Source: Mytilus edulis (lineage: Eukaryota). From it: 64,000 nt of DNA. Under the pieces are notes generated by a model. That model did not search any database. It was not told the origin of the DNA and saw only the letters and a program-made list of their open reading frames with translations. Each line of letters starts with the position of its first letter. Position 1 is the stretch's first letter. The DNA lies in the NCBI RefSeq assembly GCF_963676685.1, contig NC_092350.1:73780001-73844000 (forward strand), in the 5' to 3' direction. Made by a program: the position numbers and the translations under genes. This document shows, piece by piece, positions 14,145-26,276 of this stretch.

Positions 14145-17100
14145 ATGATTCAAAATAAGCTATTTTATAATTTTCACCCGTATTTTGATTTTTAGGTACT
14201 TCATAACTCCTCTAATATGCGTTGCGGAACATATTTACTATATACCTTTTGTTCATCTTTTAATAGGCTTTCGAATGAGGTAAAATGTATATTTGTATTT
14301 AGGGGCTGAAGTGTTGCAGCAATCCAATCCATTATTCAAATTATCCATTCAATTGTTCAAAATTGGCTATTTCTTAATTTTCACGCGTATTTTGGCATTT
14401 TGGTCCTATGTAACCGTGTGGGTTTTCTATCAATAGCTTTCACATGGAGTTTTTAAAGTTTTCCTAATTTAGGAACTGAGTCATTGCCTCTAAATAAAGT
14501 TGTTATTACTGACCAGTCACAGCAGTTCATTCTTTTATTAAAAAGAACTATGTCTTAATGTTTATATAAAAAAAGATGTGGTATGATTTCCAATGAGATA
14601 ACGGTCCATAAGAGATTTAAATGACACAGAATACGCATTATGTATATTTCGACATGTTAGATCCTTCGTTTCTCCTCTAATATGCGTTGCGGAACATACT
14701 AACTACATATATTTTGTTCTTCTATTGATAGGCTTTCGAATGAGGTATCATGTAAATATGTAATTATGGGTTGAAGGGTCACAGCAATCCATTGCATCAT
14801 TCAAAATTGGCTATTTCTTAATCTTCACGGTTATTTTAATTTGTGCTCCGTAATCTCGAGCTCCCTAATGGTCATTGCGGCACATATTATTTATAACCTA
14901 AACCATTTTGTTTCTCGGTCAATGGACTTTCAAATGGTTATAACGTTTTCCTTAATTAGGGGCTGACGTTCTCAGCAGTCCATTTCATTATTTAAAATAA
15001 GCTACATTTTTATTTCTTAATATTTACATGTACATTGTATTTCGATTTTTAGATCCTTCGTTACTCTCCGCGTTGCGTAGTATATACGATTTGTTCCTCT
15101 ATGATTAAGCTTTCGAATGAGCTTGAAGGTATTTCTGTAATTATAAGGCTGAAGGGTCACAGCAGTTCATGTCATTATTTCAAAATATTCATTCCGTTAT
15201 TCAAAATTGGCAATTTCTTTCTTTTCACGCATTTAAGTCATCCATTACCTCTCTGTCATTGAGGGACATATTATTTATACATTTTATTTCTCTATCAATT
15301 AGCTTTCACATGGTGTATAAAGTTTTCCTTCATAAGGGGCTTACGGGTCGCATCAGTCCATTCCATTATTCAGAGTAAGCTATTAATAAAGCCATAATGT
15401 TCACCCGTATTTCGATTTTTAGGTCCTTCATTACTCCTCTGATATACGCTACATTTGGTGACCTTCGGCTGTTGTGTTTTCTATGGTCGGGTTGTTTGAC
15501 ACATTCCCAATTTTATTGCAGATCATATTGACAAAATATCTTTTGTTCCTCTTGTAATAGGCTTTCAAATGAGATATAAAGTCATATGTAATTAGGGCTG
15601 AAGGTTCACATCAGTCCATTACATTATTAAAAATATCCATTCCAGTTTTCAAAATTGTTTATTTCTTAATTTTCACGCGTATTTTTGTATTTAGCTCCTC
15701 CGTTACACATCTAATTGTCATTGGGGCACATATTAGCTATAAACATTTTGTTCCTCTATTTATAACCTGGCAAATGGTGTATAAAGTTTCCCTTAAGTAG
15801 GAGCTTACGGGTTGCAGGAGTTAATTTCATGATTGAAAAAAAGCTATTTTATAATGTTCACCCGTATTTCGATTTTTAGGTACTTCATTTCTCCTCCAAT
15901 ATGCGTTGCGGAACATATTAACTATATACCTTTTGTTCCTCTATAATTAAGCTTTCGAATGAGGTTAAGGGTATTTCTGTAATTAGGGGCTGAAGGGTAA
16001 CAGTAGCTCATGTCATTATTTCAAAATATTCATTCCATTATTCAAAATTGGCAATTTCTTTCTTTTCACTCATTTAAGTCCTCCGTTACCTCTCTTATGG
16101 TCATTGAATGACGTATTACTAATACATTTTGTTTCTCTATCAATAAGCTTTCACGTAGTGTATAAAGTTTTCTTTTATAAGGGGCTGACAAGTCGCATCA
16201 GTCCATTCCATTATTCAGAGTAAGCTATTAATAAAACCATATAATGTTCACCCGTATTTCGATTTTTTAGGTCCTTCATTACTCCTCTGATATACGCTAC
16301 ATTGAAAACCTGTTGGTGACCTTCGGCTGTTGTGTTTTCTATGGTCGGGTTGTTTGACACATTCCCCATTTCCATTCTCAATTTTATTACAGATCATATT
16401 GACTAAATATATGTTGTTCCTCTTGTAGTAGGCTTTAATGAGATTTTAAAGTCATATGGAGTTAGGTCTGACGGTTCACATCAGTCCATTACAGTATTAA
16501 AAATATCCATTTCAATTTTTCAAAATTGTCTATTACTTAATATTTAGGTCCTCCATAACCCTTTTAATTGTCATTAGGGCAGTCCCCGCACATATATATT
16601 ATCTATAAACATTTTGTTCCTCTATTTATAACCTTGCAAATGGTGTATAAAGTTTTCCTTAATTATAGGGGCTTATGGGTTGCAGAAGTTCATTTCATGA
16701 TTTAAAATAAGCTATTTTATAATGTTCACCCGTATTTCGATTTTTTAAAGGTAGTTCTTTACTCCTCCAATATGCGTTGCGGAACATATTAACTATATAC
16801 CTTCTGTTACTCTTTTAATAGGCTTTCGAATGAGGTAAAATGTTTATTTGTAATTAGGATCTGAACTATCGAAGCAATCCATTCCATTATTAAAAATTGG
16901 CTTTTTTTATTTTCACGCGTATTTTGGCATTTTGGTCCCCTGTAACCCTATTAAAACGTCATTGTGGTTTCTCTATCAATAAACTGTCTCATTGTCTATA
17001 AAGTTTTCCCTAATTAGGGCATGAGTTACTGCCTCTGAATAACGATACTATTACTGACGAGTCGTAGCAGTTCATTATATTATTAAAAAAGCTATTTCAT

Positions 17101-17900
17101 AATGTTTATGTATATTTTGACATTAAGATCCTTTGTTACTCCTGTAATATGCGTTGCGGAACATATTAACTACATACATTTTGTTCCGCTATTAATAGGC
17201 TTTCTAATGAGGTATTATGTATATCTGTAATTAGGGGTTGAAGGGTCACAGTAATCCATTCCATGCGTACATGTTATATCTAAAATAAGCTACAGTTGTA
17301 TTTTTTAATGCTCGCATGTATTTCGATTTTTTGTCTTTCGTTACTCCCCCGCATTACATTTTAACTATACAGTTTTTGTTCCTCTATAATTAAGCTTTCG
17401 AATGAGGTTAAAGGTATTTCTTAAATTAGGGGCTGAAGGGTGGCAACAGATCATGACATTATTCATCCATGCTTTCATTCAAAATTCTTTCTTTTCACGC
17501 GTATTTTTGTCAATTAGATCCTCCGTAACCCTTCTAATGGTCATTGCGACAGCAATGAACTTTCAAATGGTCTCAACGTTTTCCTGAATTAAGGGATGAA
17601 ATGTCGCAGCAGTTCATTCCATCATTTAAGAGAATTTAATCTATTACTTAATGTTAATGCGTATTTCGATATGAAGGTATCGTTACTCCTCTAATATGCG
17701 TTGTGGAACACAGTAACTATGTACCTTTTTTCCTCAATTAATAAACTTTTGAATAAGATATATATAAAGTATATCTGTAATTAGGGACTGAAGTGTCGTT
17801 GCAGTCCATTCCATTACTTAAAATATCCATTCCATTATAATCAAAATTGGCCATTTCTTCCTTGTCTTGCGTGTTTTTTCCGTAACCCATGTAGCAATCA
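14145..17900 (-). repeat. Older, more diverged inverted array of the same satellite
   Basis: Repeated ctcctctaatatgcgttgcggaacatat and ttttcacgcgtatttt, the reverse complements of the forward-array motifs. Confidence 0.9.
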
Positions 17901-19164
17901 TTGTGACACAATCGACATGTTTTATAATCAGTGGATAAATAACAGCAAATGTCAAGTGAAAATACATATTTAAAAATAACCTTAATCTTATATATGTCTT
18001 GGTTTTCAGGTCGTCCATACATTTAACCTTCACTTTTTATCTTGAAAACAGAAATACAAACTATATCATTATTCATTATACATCCCTTAACATTGAATTT
18101 TGACTACTGACAAATTAATAATGGACATACATCAGTGCAATGCTTTCTGGTCTTAAATTGTCTGATCTAGCCAAAAAATCCTTGCTAAAAATTCTGCATG
18201 ACCTCCTACGGCACCTATAAGTAGTTAAAGATTTGATTTTACTAAACAAATTAATTTAATTTATGACCTGCATGCACGTATCGCTTAGAAAACGGCCATA
18301 TACCATAAAGTCAATATTAATCATCGATGTAATTTGCTCTATGGGATGTTTGAAATTTCAACGGAGGCAATTTTTTGGCATGACAAGCCTCTTAGCGATA
18401 AAAGAATATTTTGAAAGAACTTAGCATTTTGCTACCTTTTATTCTTCAGTTCGTTTTTAAAACCTCTTTGTTTCTCCAATTTGAAAAATAGAAAATAAAA
18501 TTATATATCAAACGAAAACTGAATAAAGTGAGAAACAAGTTTCTTTCATTAGTGAAAAATACTGCTTCATTACTTATTTCAGAGTTTGAACACTTGGTGC
18601 TTAGTTTCACTTCATTCGTAGTTGACAAAGATGGACAGATTCCATGTCGAAGGTCAGTGTCTCTCTCCGGGCGTCCAAGTTTTTCTCTACATGCCATGAA
18701 ATAGCGAATAATGATAAAAGTGGCGTTAAAGACCAACAATGAACACACCAATTATTAGATATCCTTCGCGTTTCACAAACAGATCATAGTTTTGTTAAAC
18801 ATAAATATTATTATTTGAAATTGAATTTGACAATAGAAATTTCCTCAAATCGTTTAATGGTGAATCCGGATAACACTGTAATATGTGCCGCTGGATATAA
18901 ACGGGCTCAAACTTTAATAATTTTCAACAACTAGTGGAATAGATATTTTTAAAGCAAAACTATCTTAATGTTTTGTCAGCTACCTTTAGGAAAGCAATAA
19001 GTAATGAGAAGATATATAAGATTTCCAAGGATAAGGTTACATTTCTTACTCAAAGTCGACACCTAATAATGTAGAATATCTATTTCCAATAGAAAAGAGT
19101 AATTCTGAGAATAAATAAAGCAATCGCTATTCAAAAGGAGCATTCGCTAACTGAGACGACATGT

Positions 19165-19475
19165 TTGGAGGGTTGAGATCTCGAAAAACATGTTAAACCC
19201 CGCCGCAATTTGCCCCTGTCCCAAGTCAGGGGTCTCTGGCCTCTATGAGTCTTTTATTCTTAGTTTCTTGTGTATAATTCGGAGTTTAGTATGACGTCCA
19301 TTATCACTGAACTATATATAATATACATTTTGTTAAGGGACCGGCTAAAGGACACCTCCGTGTGTGGAAGTTTCTCGATACATTGAAGACCCATTGGTGG
19401 CCTTCGGCTGTTGTCTGCTCTATGGTCGGGTTGTTGTCGCTTTGACACATTCTCCATTTCCATTCTCAATTTTAT
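19165..19475 (+). mobile_element. SINE-like repeat family A (possibly Meta-domain SINE)
   Basis: Contains catgttaaaccccgccgca..cctgtcccaagtcagg and the 3' end gacacattctccatttccattctcaattttat shared with other copies. Meta assignment is from recall only. Confidence 0.65.
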
Positions 19476-20199
19476 GTCTTTGACTAGCAATACTTTGAAC
19501 CACTGACAACGGTCTCTTTAACGATCCCATGCTCAAAAATGACAAAACTAAAGAACAAAGTATATTGTCCCTGCTAGCCTGAATAGTGTAGGTTTCAGCT
19601 CGAGAGTTCCCACTAAAGGCATTTGTTTTTTTAGATAAAAAGATTTGTGATACCCAGTCTACAAAATCAAACAAAAGTTCAAAATCTGACTCTCGTCTGT
19701 ACTAATTGTTTCATTGGCAATTATACTACATTTTCTCATTATTATGTTGCTGCATAAATGTCTTTAAGGATGAAACTTCTGTTGGTGGTTACGGTTCGGA
19801 GATGGGCTATTCTGCCCTTGTCAGATTTCTCATACAAGTGTTTATATATTAGTATTCTAGTTAGAAGAAAAGAGCTTGCAGTTATCCGCTATCTCAAGAA
19901 GTTACACATTTGCATTAAATAACATGCGATGAAATAAACACTTGAAATTAGTGAAATTCTAAAGATGTCGTAGACATGTTGATTTATTAATCAGTCTGGG
20001 AATTCATGGCAAGCCATAACTCTACAATGTTATGGTAACCCATAACCTTTCAATTTTTTGAGATACCTCTACATTATCCTCTTTCATTTTAGTATGGTTA
20101 CGTTCTCATTATCACTTTCGGTATATTCCGGATCGCTAATCGTTCCCTCACCGATGTCGGTATTTTGTTAACAATTCACATCCGGGTCACTGTGTAAAA

Positions 20200-22457
20200 A
20201 TGGACGAACAACAACCATCGACATCGCATTCAAGGGGTATGTAAATTAGCCGACTACGGCAATATTATATGTTACACCTGAATGAACCTGCATGTAGTGG
20301 TACCTAAATGATTAATTTACATTTTACAATACTCAAACACGCAATTACGCTTTTATTTAAACAAATTACGCTTTTCCAAACTCGTCCAAAACATGGAATA
20401 TACACGTACGTTATGGTTAACCCTAACTTTATTCACCTGAATGGTTACGGTTTACCATAACTAAAGAAAGGTTACGGATATCCGTAACTTAAATGGGGAG
20501 CAGTTGTTTATTTTATTAAACAAGCTGAACGGATAATTGATATCGAGGTAAAATGAAAAAAGGGGGGTTGTAAACATGTAAATATACACGAAATAAAGCG
20601 CATGTTAAATATGCATGGTATTTAGAAGAGTAAATTTTCAAAGAAATATTGGAGAGCAGTTTAAAAAATATTATATTTACACAAGGATTTTTATAGTTGG
20701 TTTACATCAACATGATCAACAATGTATAAGCAGCAGTATTTCTGGCCTGTTAAAGTTTTATACTATATTTGTGAAGTCATACATGTATCTTACATGTTTT
20801 GAAAAAAAAACATAAAATGTTGATCAACCTTACCAACATTCAGACACACAATTATAGCGCTTTTATTTAAAGAATTTACTCTTTTCCAAACTCACTCAAA
20901 AAATAAAATATTCATAAGAGTTGTGGTTAATGTAATAATTCAGAATATTCATTTGTTTAAAATTGTTCCACTTCCAATGCTTCGAAACAGAAACAGTATT
21001 ACAAGCTGTCAGTCTGTCTGTCCATCCTGTCTCGTTTGAACTTATATAAGGTGCACTCTATAATGTGTGAAGCATGCATATTACAAGTTAACCTTGTATG
21101 AAATATTATGCATCATGAGAAATACAATGCATGCATGTCAACTTCATGACATAGTTTGCCTATATGCTGCCTGTATACATAGCTATTCATGACAGTTGTC
21201 AATTACAGATCGTTGAATTTGCAAAATGTACATGTACGTAGTATTCATTTATCCATTAGCACTTAAATATTGATAAAAGGCCTAAATTAAAATATTGTTT
21301 GTTTCCCTAATCCAGACCGACCCTACACAAATGGTACTACTCATGAAATTTTATTGTCAAAACTAAGTCAAATATTATTTTATTCGTTTTGGATTTTAAG
21401 GCTTTCCAGATCGTCCGATTAAGTTCAAGCTTTTTGGAAAATAAAATTATTTACCTACCTACCTATCCACACCTGGCTTGGCAAGGTTGGGATTGGGGAA
21501 ACAAACAATCTATTAATTTAGGCCAAACCAAGTCAATTGAGCTTTGAGGAAATCTCACAATGGTAAAAAACAAAAGCACCAATTTCACAGCTGCATAATA
21601 TCTTTTTAATTATTCAGTTCATTTTTATTACATACTAGTTTATTGTACATGTTGTAGCTTTGAAACAAACATACATATGAAAATAAATAGATATAAAGTT
21701 ATTGTGCACGAGATAAAATCACATACAATACATAGAAAAATAAATACAAATTACAAATGAAAAGGGCTTTTTTACCTGTTCTTCATCTTGACAGTTTTCA
21801 GAAGGTCTTTTACAAAGAAAAATCATTCATATATGTAGCCTACAACACGACCAAGACAGCCCCTAGCATATGATTGTTTAATTTTAAGTTCACCATGCTT
21901 TAAAAGTTTTTCTTAATAACATAAAAAGAGTCACATTTCTCTGCATTATGCATATTTACAAGTTATTAGTACATGTACATGCATGAATTATGCACTCATA
22001 TAATTTGTCCCTACCTATGACCTATAACTTTATAGTCACATGTCTTAAATTTTCAGAAGACTTTCCAACAACTGATAAGCATCACATGGAAAAGTTAAAT
22101 GAAATTTGTCGAATATGTGGTAAAGTGATGAAAAAGCCAATTCAAAAGATAAAGTTTGCTGATGAGTTTAAAGGACTTTTTGAAATTGACGTGAAAAAAG
22201 AAGACCCACAAATTTTTCCAGCATATATGTGTGCTATGCATGGTGCTATGTTTTACCGTTTTAGGACTGCATTGCGAAACAATGCACCGTATTCTACTGA
22301 TTTTCTTCCTCCTACTTTTGAAATGCATTCAGACCATTGTCAAGTTTGCAAAAAAACAAGTGTCTTGGATAAAGATGTTACAGAAAGGTCGCGCTGGAAC
22401 CCTCCTGGAAGAGGAAAACGTTGTGCAACATATATACAACCAAACAATTTAGATACG
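20200..22457 (+). pseudogene. Spliced gene for a RAG1 N-terminal (CND/Chapa-like) Zn-binding domain, disrupted by a Penelope insertion; exons 20200-20236 and 22057-22457
   Basis: HMEKLNEICRICG..FEIDVKKEDPQIFPAYMC..FEMHSDHCQVC parallels vertebrate RAG1 H..L..LCRICG..FRIDVK.D...IHP..FC..W.PH...C..C. Phase-1 donor G|GTATGT and acceptor TTTCAG|AA join in frame. Confidence 0.8.
21279..21524. mobile_element. MITE with GGCC termini and 3 bp flanks (Zator/PIF-like)
   Basis: ggcctaaattaa..ttgtttgtttccc at the left and gggaaacaaacaa..ttaatttaggcc at the right; AAA on both sides. Confidence 0.75.
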
Positions 22458-22581
22458 AATGAGATATAACGAGTCCAGAACCAATCCTATATATACCAAT
22501 ACATATTCTTAGTATTTGACTTTATTTCATAATCTATTTTGTTCAATTCAATATTTTATCATAAATATTTGTTGTTTTTTA

Positions 22582-22729
22582 AGGTGTTTCGGTTAAGGTT
22601 TAACTACCAAGGCTTTTCCTCATCAGGTATCCCAAGCCTCTAACTAATAAAATAATCAGTTTCAAAGTAAAGTTCAAAGCATCCATACGCATAGAATTTA
22701 AAAATTCTGCATACCGGGATACGACACCT
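22582..22729 (-). ncRNA. Type III hammerhead ribozyme, copy 1
   Basis: AGGUGUC^GUAUCCC...GGGAUAC CUGAUGA G...C GAAACACCU: 7 bp stem I, 6 bp stem III, intact core and GUC triplet. Confidence 0.85.
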
Positions 22730-22831
22730 GGTAACTTTGTATTGATGTATTGTATTCTAAATTAAATCAGTTTATGATTTGATATAACTATTGTCTTTTA
22801 TGTTGTGATTTATCCTATAACTTGGTTTATC

Positions 22832-24139
22832 CTATAACTTGGAGGATGTAAGTAGATCCTTCAAGTTTTTGTTTCTTTTATATGCTATGATCGGAGGTTT
22901 TGGAAACATGGTTTTTGTGATATCATTTTGTTCAATTAGGTGCCAATGTTTTTTAATTGCTTTATTTAGTCCATTGAAGGAAGGATTAAATTTGGTGGCT
23001 AAAACTAATGGAGGCATTGCTCTTGTGTTTTTAAGCTTGTACCTTAGACAATCTTTTCTTTCCTTATGAAGTGCATTTGTTATAATGGGGTTGATATCTT
23101 TTTCCGAGTATCCCCTTTGGAGAAGTTTTGTTTTAAAAGTTTCAATTTCTTTTAGTGTATCTTTTTTGTTATTTGATGATCTCATAAAACGCAATATTTC
23201 CGCAGTAATAAATCCATTGAACACCGATGATGGGTGAGCTGACGTTCGTTCAAGATACTGAAAGTTATCAGTAGGTTTACGGTATAGTTTTACGTCTAAT
23301 ATATTATGATTAAGGAATCTGTTTCCTTTAAAAATTGTGACGTCAAGGAATTGAATGCTAGATTGTGATATTTCATGCGTAAATTTTATCAACGGGTGTA
23401 TATTATTAGCAATGTTAAATAATTCAGTAAGATTATCTTGACTAGAATTAAAAAGAATGAATCCATCATCTCTGTATATAGATAACAGTGCTAAGTTATC
23501 TTTAAAAGGAAATATATCAAGAATATTCGTTATAATCTCGAACATTCTTAAATCAGCCAGGGATGGGCTCATTGGGGCTCCCATTGGGATTCCACATGTC
23601 TGTCTGAATATCAAGTTATTAAATTCAAATTCATTATTGCATAGAATGAATTGAAGTATTCGTAAGAAGTCCTTTTTTGGTGGTAGAGGTATTTCATGTT
23701 TATTACGACATATTTTGTACCATGCTCTGTCAACTGCTTGCAGTATTTCATCGTGAGTTAAGGAATTGTACATACTAGTAATATCAAAAGTGCACATAAT
23801 TATGTCATCCGGTGCCCTTATTTGTTCTATTTTGTTGATAAATGAGGTCGTGTCTTGTGTATAAGTCCATAATTGGCTAACTACCGGTTTTAGGAAGTGG
23901 TCTATAAATTGACCAATTTTTTCAATTGGACTATTGCATAATGATACAATTGGTCTCCCAGGAATATCTATATTTTTAAGGAAATCTTTGTTAGTTTTGA
24001 TTTTTTCTCTATCTTCATGGTTAATTTTGTGAATTTTTGGCAACATATAGAGTCGTCCCACTCGTATATTGGCATTATTGGCTAGGTATTTATATGTTAT
24101 ATCGTCGATATATTCTTTCTTGTGTAGTTGTTTGATCAT
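22832..24139 (-). CDS. PLE reverse transcriptase (frame open back to ~24245); no C-terminal GIY-YIG
   Basis: LYMLPKIHK, GRPIVS, FDITSMY, Q..GIPMG, YRDDGF, FLDV, YRKPT..YL..S.HP, AYKRNKNLKDLL then stop. Confidence 0.9.
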   Translation of the reverse strand: MIKQLHKKEYIDDITYKYLANNANIRVGRLYMLPKIHKINHEDREKIKTNKDFLKNIDIPGRPIVSLCNSPIEKIGQFIDHFLKPVVSQLWTYTQDTTSFINKIEQIRAPDDIIMCTFDITSMYNSLTHDEILQAVDRAWYKICRNKHEIPLPPKKDFLRILQFILCNNEFEFNNLIFRQTCGIPMGAPMSPSLADLRMFEIITNILDIFPFKDNLALLSIYRDDGFILFNSSQDNLTELFNIANNIHPLIKFTHEISQSSIQFLDVTIFKGNRFLNHNILDVKLYRKPTDNFQYLERTSAHPSSVFNGFITAEILRFMRSSNNKKDTLKEIETFKTKLLQRGYSEKDINPIITNALHKERKDCLRYKLKNTRAMPPLVLATKFNPSFNGLNKAIKKHWHLIEQNDITKTMFPKPPIIAYKRNKNLKDLLTSSKL

Positions 24140-24369
24140 TTTTTGAATAGTTTCGGATATTTTGTTCGTATTAAATTCATGAATTTGCTCATAGCATATA
24201 CTGTTGTTCAGGAAATTCAGTGTTTGTTTAATATATAGATTTTTAAATGAGATATAACGAGTCCAGAACCAATCCTATATATACCAATACATATTCTTAG
24301 TATTTGACTTTATTTCATAATCTATTTTGTTCAATTCAATATTTTATCATAAATATTTGTTGTTTTTTA

Positions 24370-24517
24370 AGGTGTTTCGGTTAAGGTTTAACTACCAAGG
24401 CTTTTCCTCATCAGGTATCCCAAGCCTCTAACTAATAAAATAATCAGTTTCAAAGTAAAGTTCAAAGCATCCATACGCATAGAATTTAAAAATTCTGCAT
24501 ACCGGGATACGACACCT
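24370..24517 (-). ncRNA. Type III hammerhead ribozyme, copy 2
   Basis: Same motif in the second direct repeat. Confidence 0.85.
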
Positions 24518-24955
24518 GGTAACTTTGTATTGATGTATTGTATTCTAAATTAAATCAGTTTATGATTTGATATAACTATTGTCTTTTATGTTGTGATTTA
24601 TCCTATAACTTGGTTTATCCTATAACTTGGAGGATGTAAGTAGATCCTTCAAGTTTTTGTTTCTTTTATATGCTATGATCGGAGGTTTTGGAAACATGGT
24701 TTTTGTGATATCATTTTGTTCAATTAGGTGCCAATGTTTTTTAATTGCTTTATTTAGTCCATTGAAGGAAGGATTAAATTTGGTGGCTAAAACTAATGGA
24801 GGCATTGCTCTTGTGTTTTTAAGCTTGTACCTTAGACAATCTTTTCTTTCCTTATGAAGACATATTGTTTTACTGCCAAACACCTCTTATCATTAATATT
24901 ATTTAAATATCATGATAATTGTGTCCATAAAGTAATTATCAAATCAATTTAATTA

Positions 24956-25018
24956 AAACACATGTTTTGTGTGTCCAAGCTTTGTTTACAAGTATCTGAA
25001 ACCAATTACTGTCCGTTT
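24956..25018 (+). pseudogene. Possible decayed RING-finger remnant of the RAG1-N-like gene
   Basis: Translates KHMFCVSKLCLQVSETNYCPF, resembling RAG1 KHVFC..C...C......YCP.C; lies just beyond the PLE insertion; flanked by stops. Confidence 0.4.
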
Positions 25019-25240
25019 TCCTCGTGGTGTGTCTTATCAAAATGCAGCTTGAACAGTTTGTAAGCTCTGAAGTCTCAATGACTGATGTATTATAACCAGA
25101 ACAAAAAGTAAAACAAAGAGCTCTGAGTTTCTGTGTGATAGAATACATTATAATTTGAATTCAAAGTGGTTCATTTGCACTCATACCACGGATACATCTA
25201 CTTGTAAATATAAAAATGATCTGTATTTTAAAAATTGTAG

Positions 25241-26276
25241 GTGCAGATCTGTTTGACATGAGAGATATAGGAGAAGAGGAAAACGAGTTGGATTCTGACA
25301 GAGGTAGCTATTTCTTAAAGACATATTTTTAAAAATAGGGAAGATTACATTTCAAAATGATTGTTTACATTTTTTTTTCAAATAAATATATACATTTCGA
25401 TGAACATGATGAATGAAACAAACGATTTCTATTAATCCTCATCTTTATGATCATTAAATCTCTGATTATAAAACATTTGCACATGTTCAAGACTGTTCAT
25501 AGCTTTATAGGAAATAACATCAATTGACATGATTGATCGTTTTAACCTTATTTACATAATACATTTATTTATTTGTAGATTCAGAGGAGAGTATGGTTTA
25601 CATTGCTACTCCATGTACACCTCAATCCAGCAAAGCCCCATCACCCAGAAAAAGAAAGAGGGGACAGTATTTAAGAAAAGAAAGCGGGACAAGTTCACAG
25701 AAGGAAAAAAGGGAAGCCAACAGAATTAAAGGGATTCACCACAGGAGGAGGAATGCAATATATAAAGAATTGCTTCATTTAAAAATGGACACCCAGTGGG
25801 AGGGGATAGTAATTCTAAGGTCCAAAGATAAAACAAAAATAGTTTGTGGGGGAACAGATACAGAGCTCGAAGAACGGTTTTTCCAGCAGGAAGTTCTTGT
25901 TGACAATTTGGACAAAATCAAAAAAAAAGATATGCACAAAATTGACATGTCTAGTGTTATGCTCAAACTGTCTTCAGTTGGTAAAAGGATGGAATCAGTT
26001 CTTGAATCTCCTGATCCATCGCCATCAAAGGTTCCAGAGATTGCAAGGGATATGCTACCAGGGCCATCCCAAAAAAAAGATCTGGAATCCATTCCATTGA
26101 AAAAATCTGATGGTGTCAGTGATTACCAGTCGATTTTGACTGGTTTCACTAAGAAGAAGAGCAACATATGCCTCTTCAAATCTGATAAAGGAGGAGAAGC
26201 TTCCGAGGAACAGTCAGGAAAAGGAAAAGGCAAAGGAAAGGGAAAAGGAAAGGGCAAAAAATCAAAGAAGGACTAA
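25241..26276 (+). CDS. Transposon accessory gene of unknown function (acidic patch, basic region, (GK)n tail); exons 25241-25303 and 25579-26276, first exon probably 20200-20236
   Basis: 227 aa ORF preceded by TTGTAG acceptors at 25240 and 25578 and donor G|GTAGCT at 25303; all phase 1 and in frame (GADLFDM..DSDR-DSEESMVYI). Confidence 0.7.

Larger units (their letters stand above)
22458..24858 (-). mobile_element. Penelope-like retroelement, 5'-truncated, with ~610 bp direct repeats (22458-23070 and 24246-24858)
   Basis: RT ORF flanked by a repeated 3' end offset by 1788 bp, the pseudo-LTR/partial tandem structure typical of PLEs. Confidence 0.92.
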
